Shown here one piece after another: positions 62,431 to 64,000 of a DNA stretch of 64,000 nt (position 1 is its first letter; every line of letters begins with the position of its first letter). The notes below the pieces were generated by a model. That model had not been told where the DNA came from. It saw nothing but the letters and a program-made list of their open reading frames with translations, and made no database searches. The position numbers and the translations under genes are program-made. Source of the stretch: the human T2T-CHM13v2.0 reference genome, Homo sapiens; the NCBI RefSeq assembly GCF_009914755.1, contig NC_060945.1. The stretch is one strand, 5' to 3'.

Positions 62431-63217
62431 TTATCTCATGCACTTATTTCTGTCACCGAAACCAAGTTTTTCATAGGTGGTTGGTGTGGCAATTAGCATG
62501 TTCTCAAAAATAGTTTCTGAGACTTCACTGGGTGGGAGAGTAACTGCTTTCCTGGGAAGGTGGGATCTGAAGGGATGACAGCCGGACGCTGGCCTCAGGG
62601 AAGGGTTCCAGCCACCTGCCGGAAGTTCTGCTTATGTCCACCCTTGAGCACTGCTGCTGCATTGGCATCTCCTGTCCTTCCTGGTTCATCAGTAACCAGG
62701 AATAACAGTTGTTAAATCAACATGTATTATTCATGCCTTGGACTGACAGTGCTAAGGTGTGTGCCAGCTGTGACTTAGAATATAGCCCTGGGCGGTTGTC
62801 AGGATGAGGGGTTTTCTGAAGTAGGCAACTTCCCCACCCACGTGCTCGGGCAGGGAGAGGTTTAGTCCCCTCGGCAAGTCAGATGCTGCCTTCAGAATTC
62901 CAGAGCTGGATGTGACCTAGAGATTGTCAGCTGATGCCGGGGCAGGAATTTCCAAGGTCACAGCTCCTCAGGAGCTGCGGCAGGAGCACGGGCCAGCATC
63001 CCTCCTCTCCAGCACGGACCTCCGCTCCCAACACGCTCCCCATTCACTATGCCTGCTTGTGACTGGTGAGGGCTGTCCGAGGGTGACTTTATTATAAAAC
63101 AGAGGCTGCTACCTGGCTTTCAGGGATATGGGAATGCTGAGCCCTTTCAAAGGCTTTTAAAGAATTCTTAGCATACCAAAATCCAGGATACTTTTTCGGG
63201 ACAAGGACCCAGCATCA

Positions 63218-63736
<519 letters not shown>

Positions 63737-64000
63737 TCAGCGAGACCGGGCATTAGCAGCGAGCATTAGGAGGTCCCAGCCCTGGCTGCGCCCATCCAGT
63801 GGGCGACCTGGGGCTCAGCTTCTTTTTTGGTTCTGAAGGGAGAAAAGGGAAGCGTCTCTGCTGATGACAAGTCACTTCAGCGTCCCAAACCAGCAAAGAA
63901 TCAGTAGGCAAAACCTGCTTCTTCTTCTGCAGAGAGCTGAGCCTCAGTTAAGCAGTGCAGGCTGCAGGCAGGAAAAGCGGGTCTGCAGGGTGTTGCCCAT

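Overview
Human genomic DNA, recognisable as 21q22.13. It contains two convergent protein-coding genes. (1) The 3' half of CHAF1B (CAF-1 p60, + strand): eight GT-AG coding exons (exons 7-14, 102-16945, 1102 coding nt), with a proximal ATTAAA (17389) and a distal AATAAA (19573). The long 3'UTR carries oppositely oriented Alus. (2) The single coding exon of CLDN14 (claudin-14, - strand, 61577-62296), whose 3'UTR has miR-9 and miR-374 seed sites. The ~42 kb between them and the introns are dominated by Alu, old L1/L2/MIR, MaLR/ERVL LTRs and MER DNA-transposon relics; nearly all other ORFs in the track are Alu translations or chance ORFs. I see no new gene system. The most interesting structure is a fossil rearrangement at ~40.1-43.1 kb: a ~1.6-2 kb inversion inside an old L1, bracketed by an inverted duplicate of one Alu right arm (shared private mutations, target-site duplication split and inverted), next to a second ~245-bp non-Alu inverted repeat and a twin-primed L1. 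Other leads: U12-like splice signals around CHAF1B exon 10, an AP-1-rich promoter/first-exon candidate antisense to CLDN14, a strong CTCF motif, and a 24-bp minisatellite born inside an Alu tail. Repeat boundaries and subfamily calls were made by eye and are approximate.
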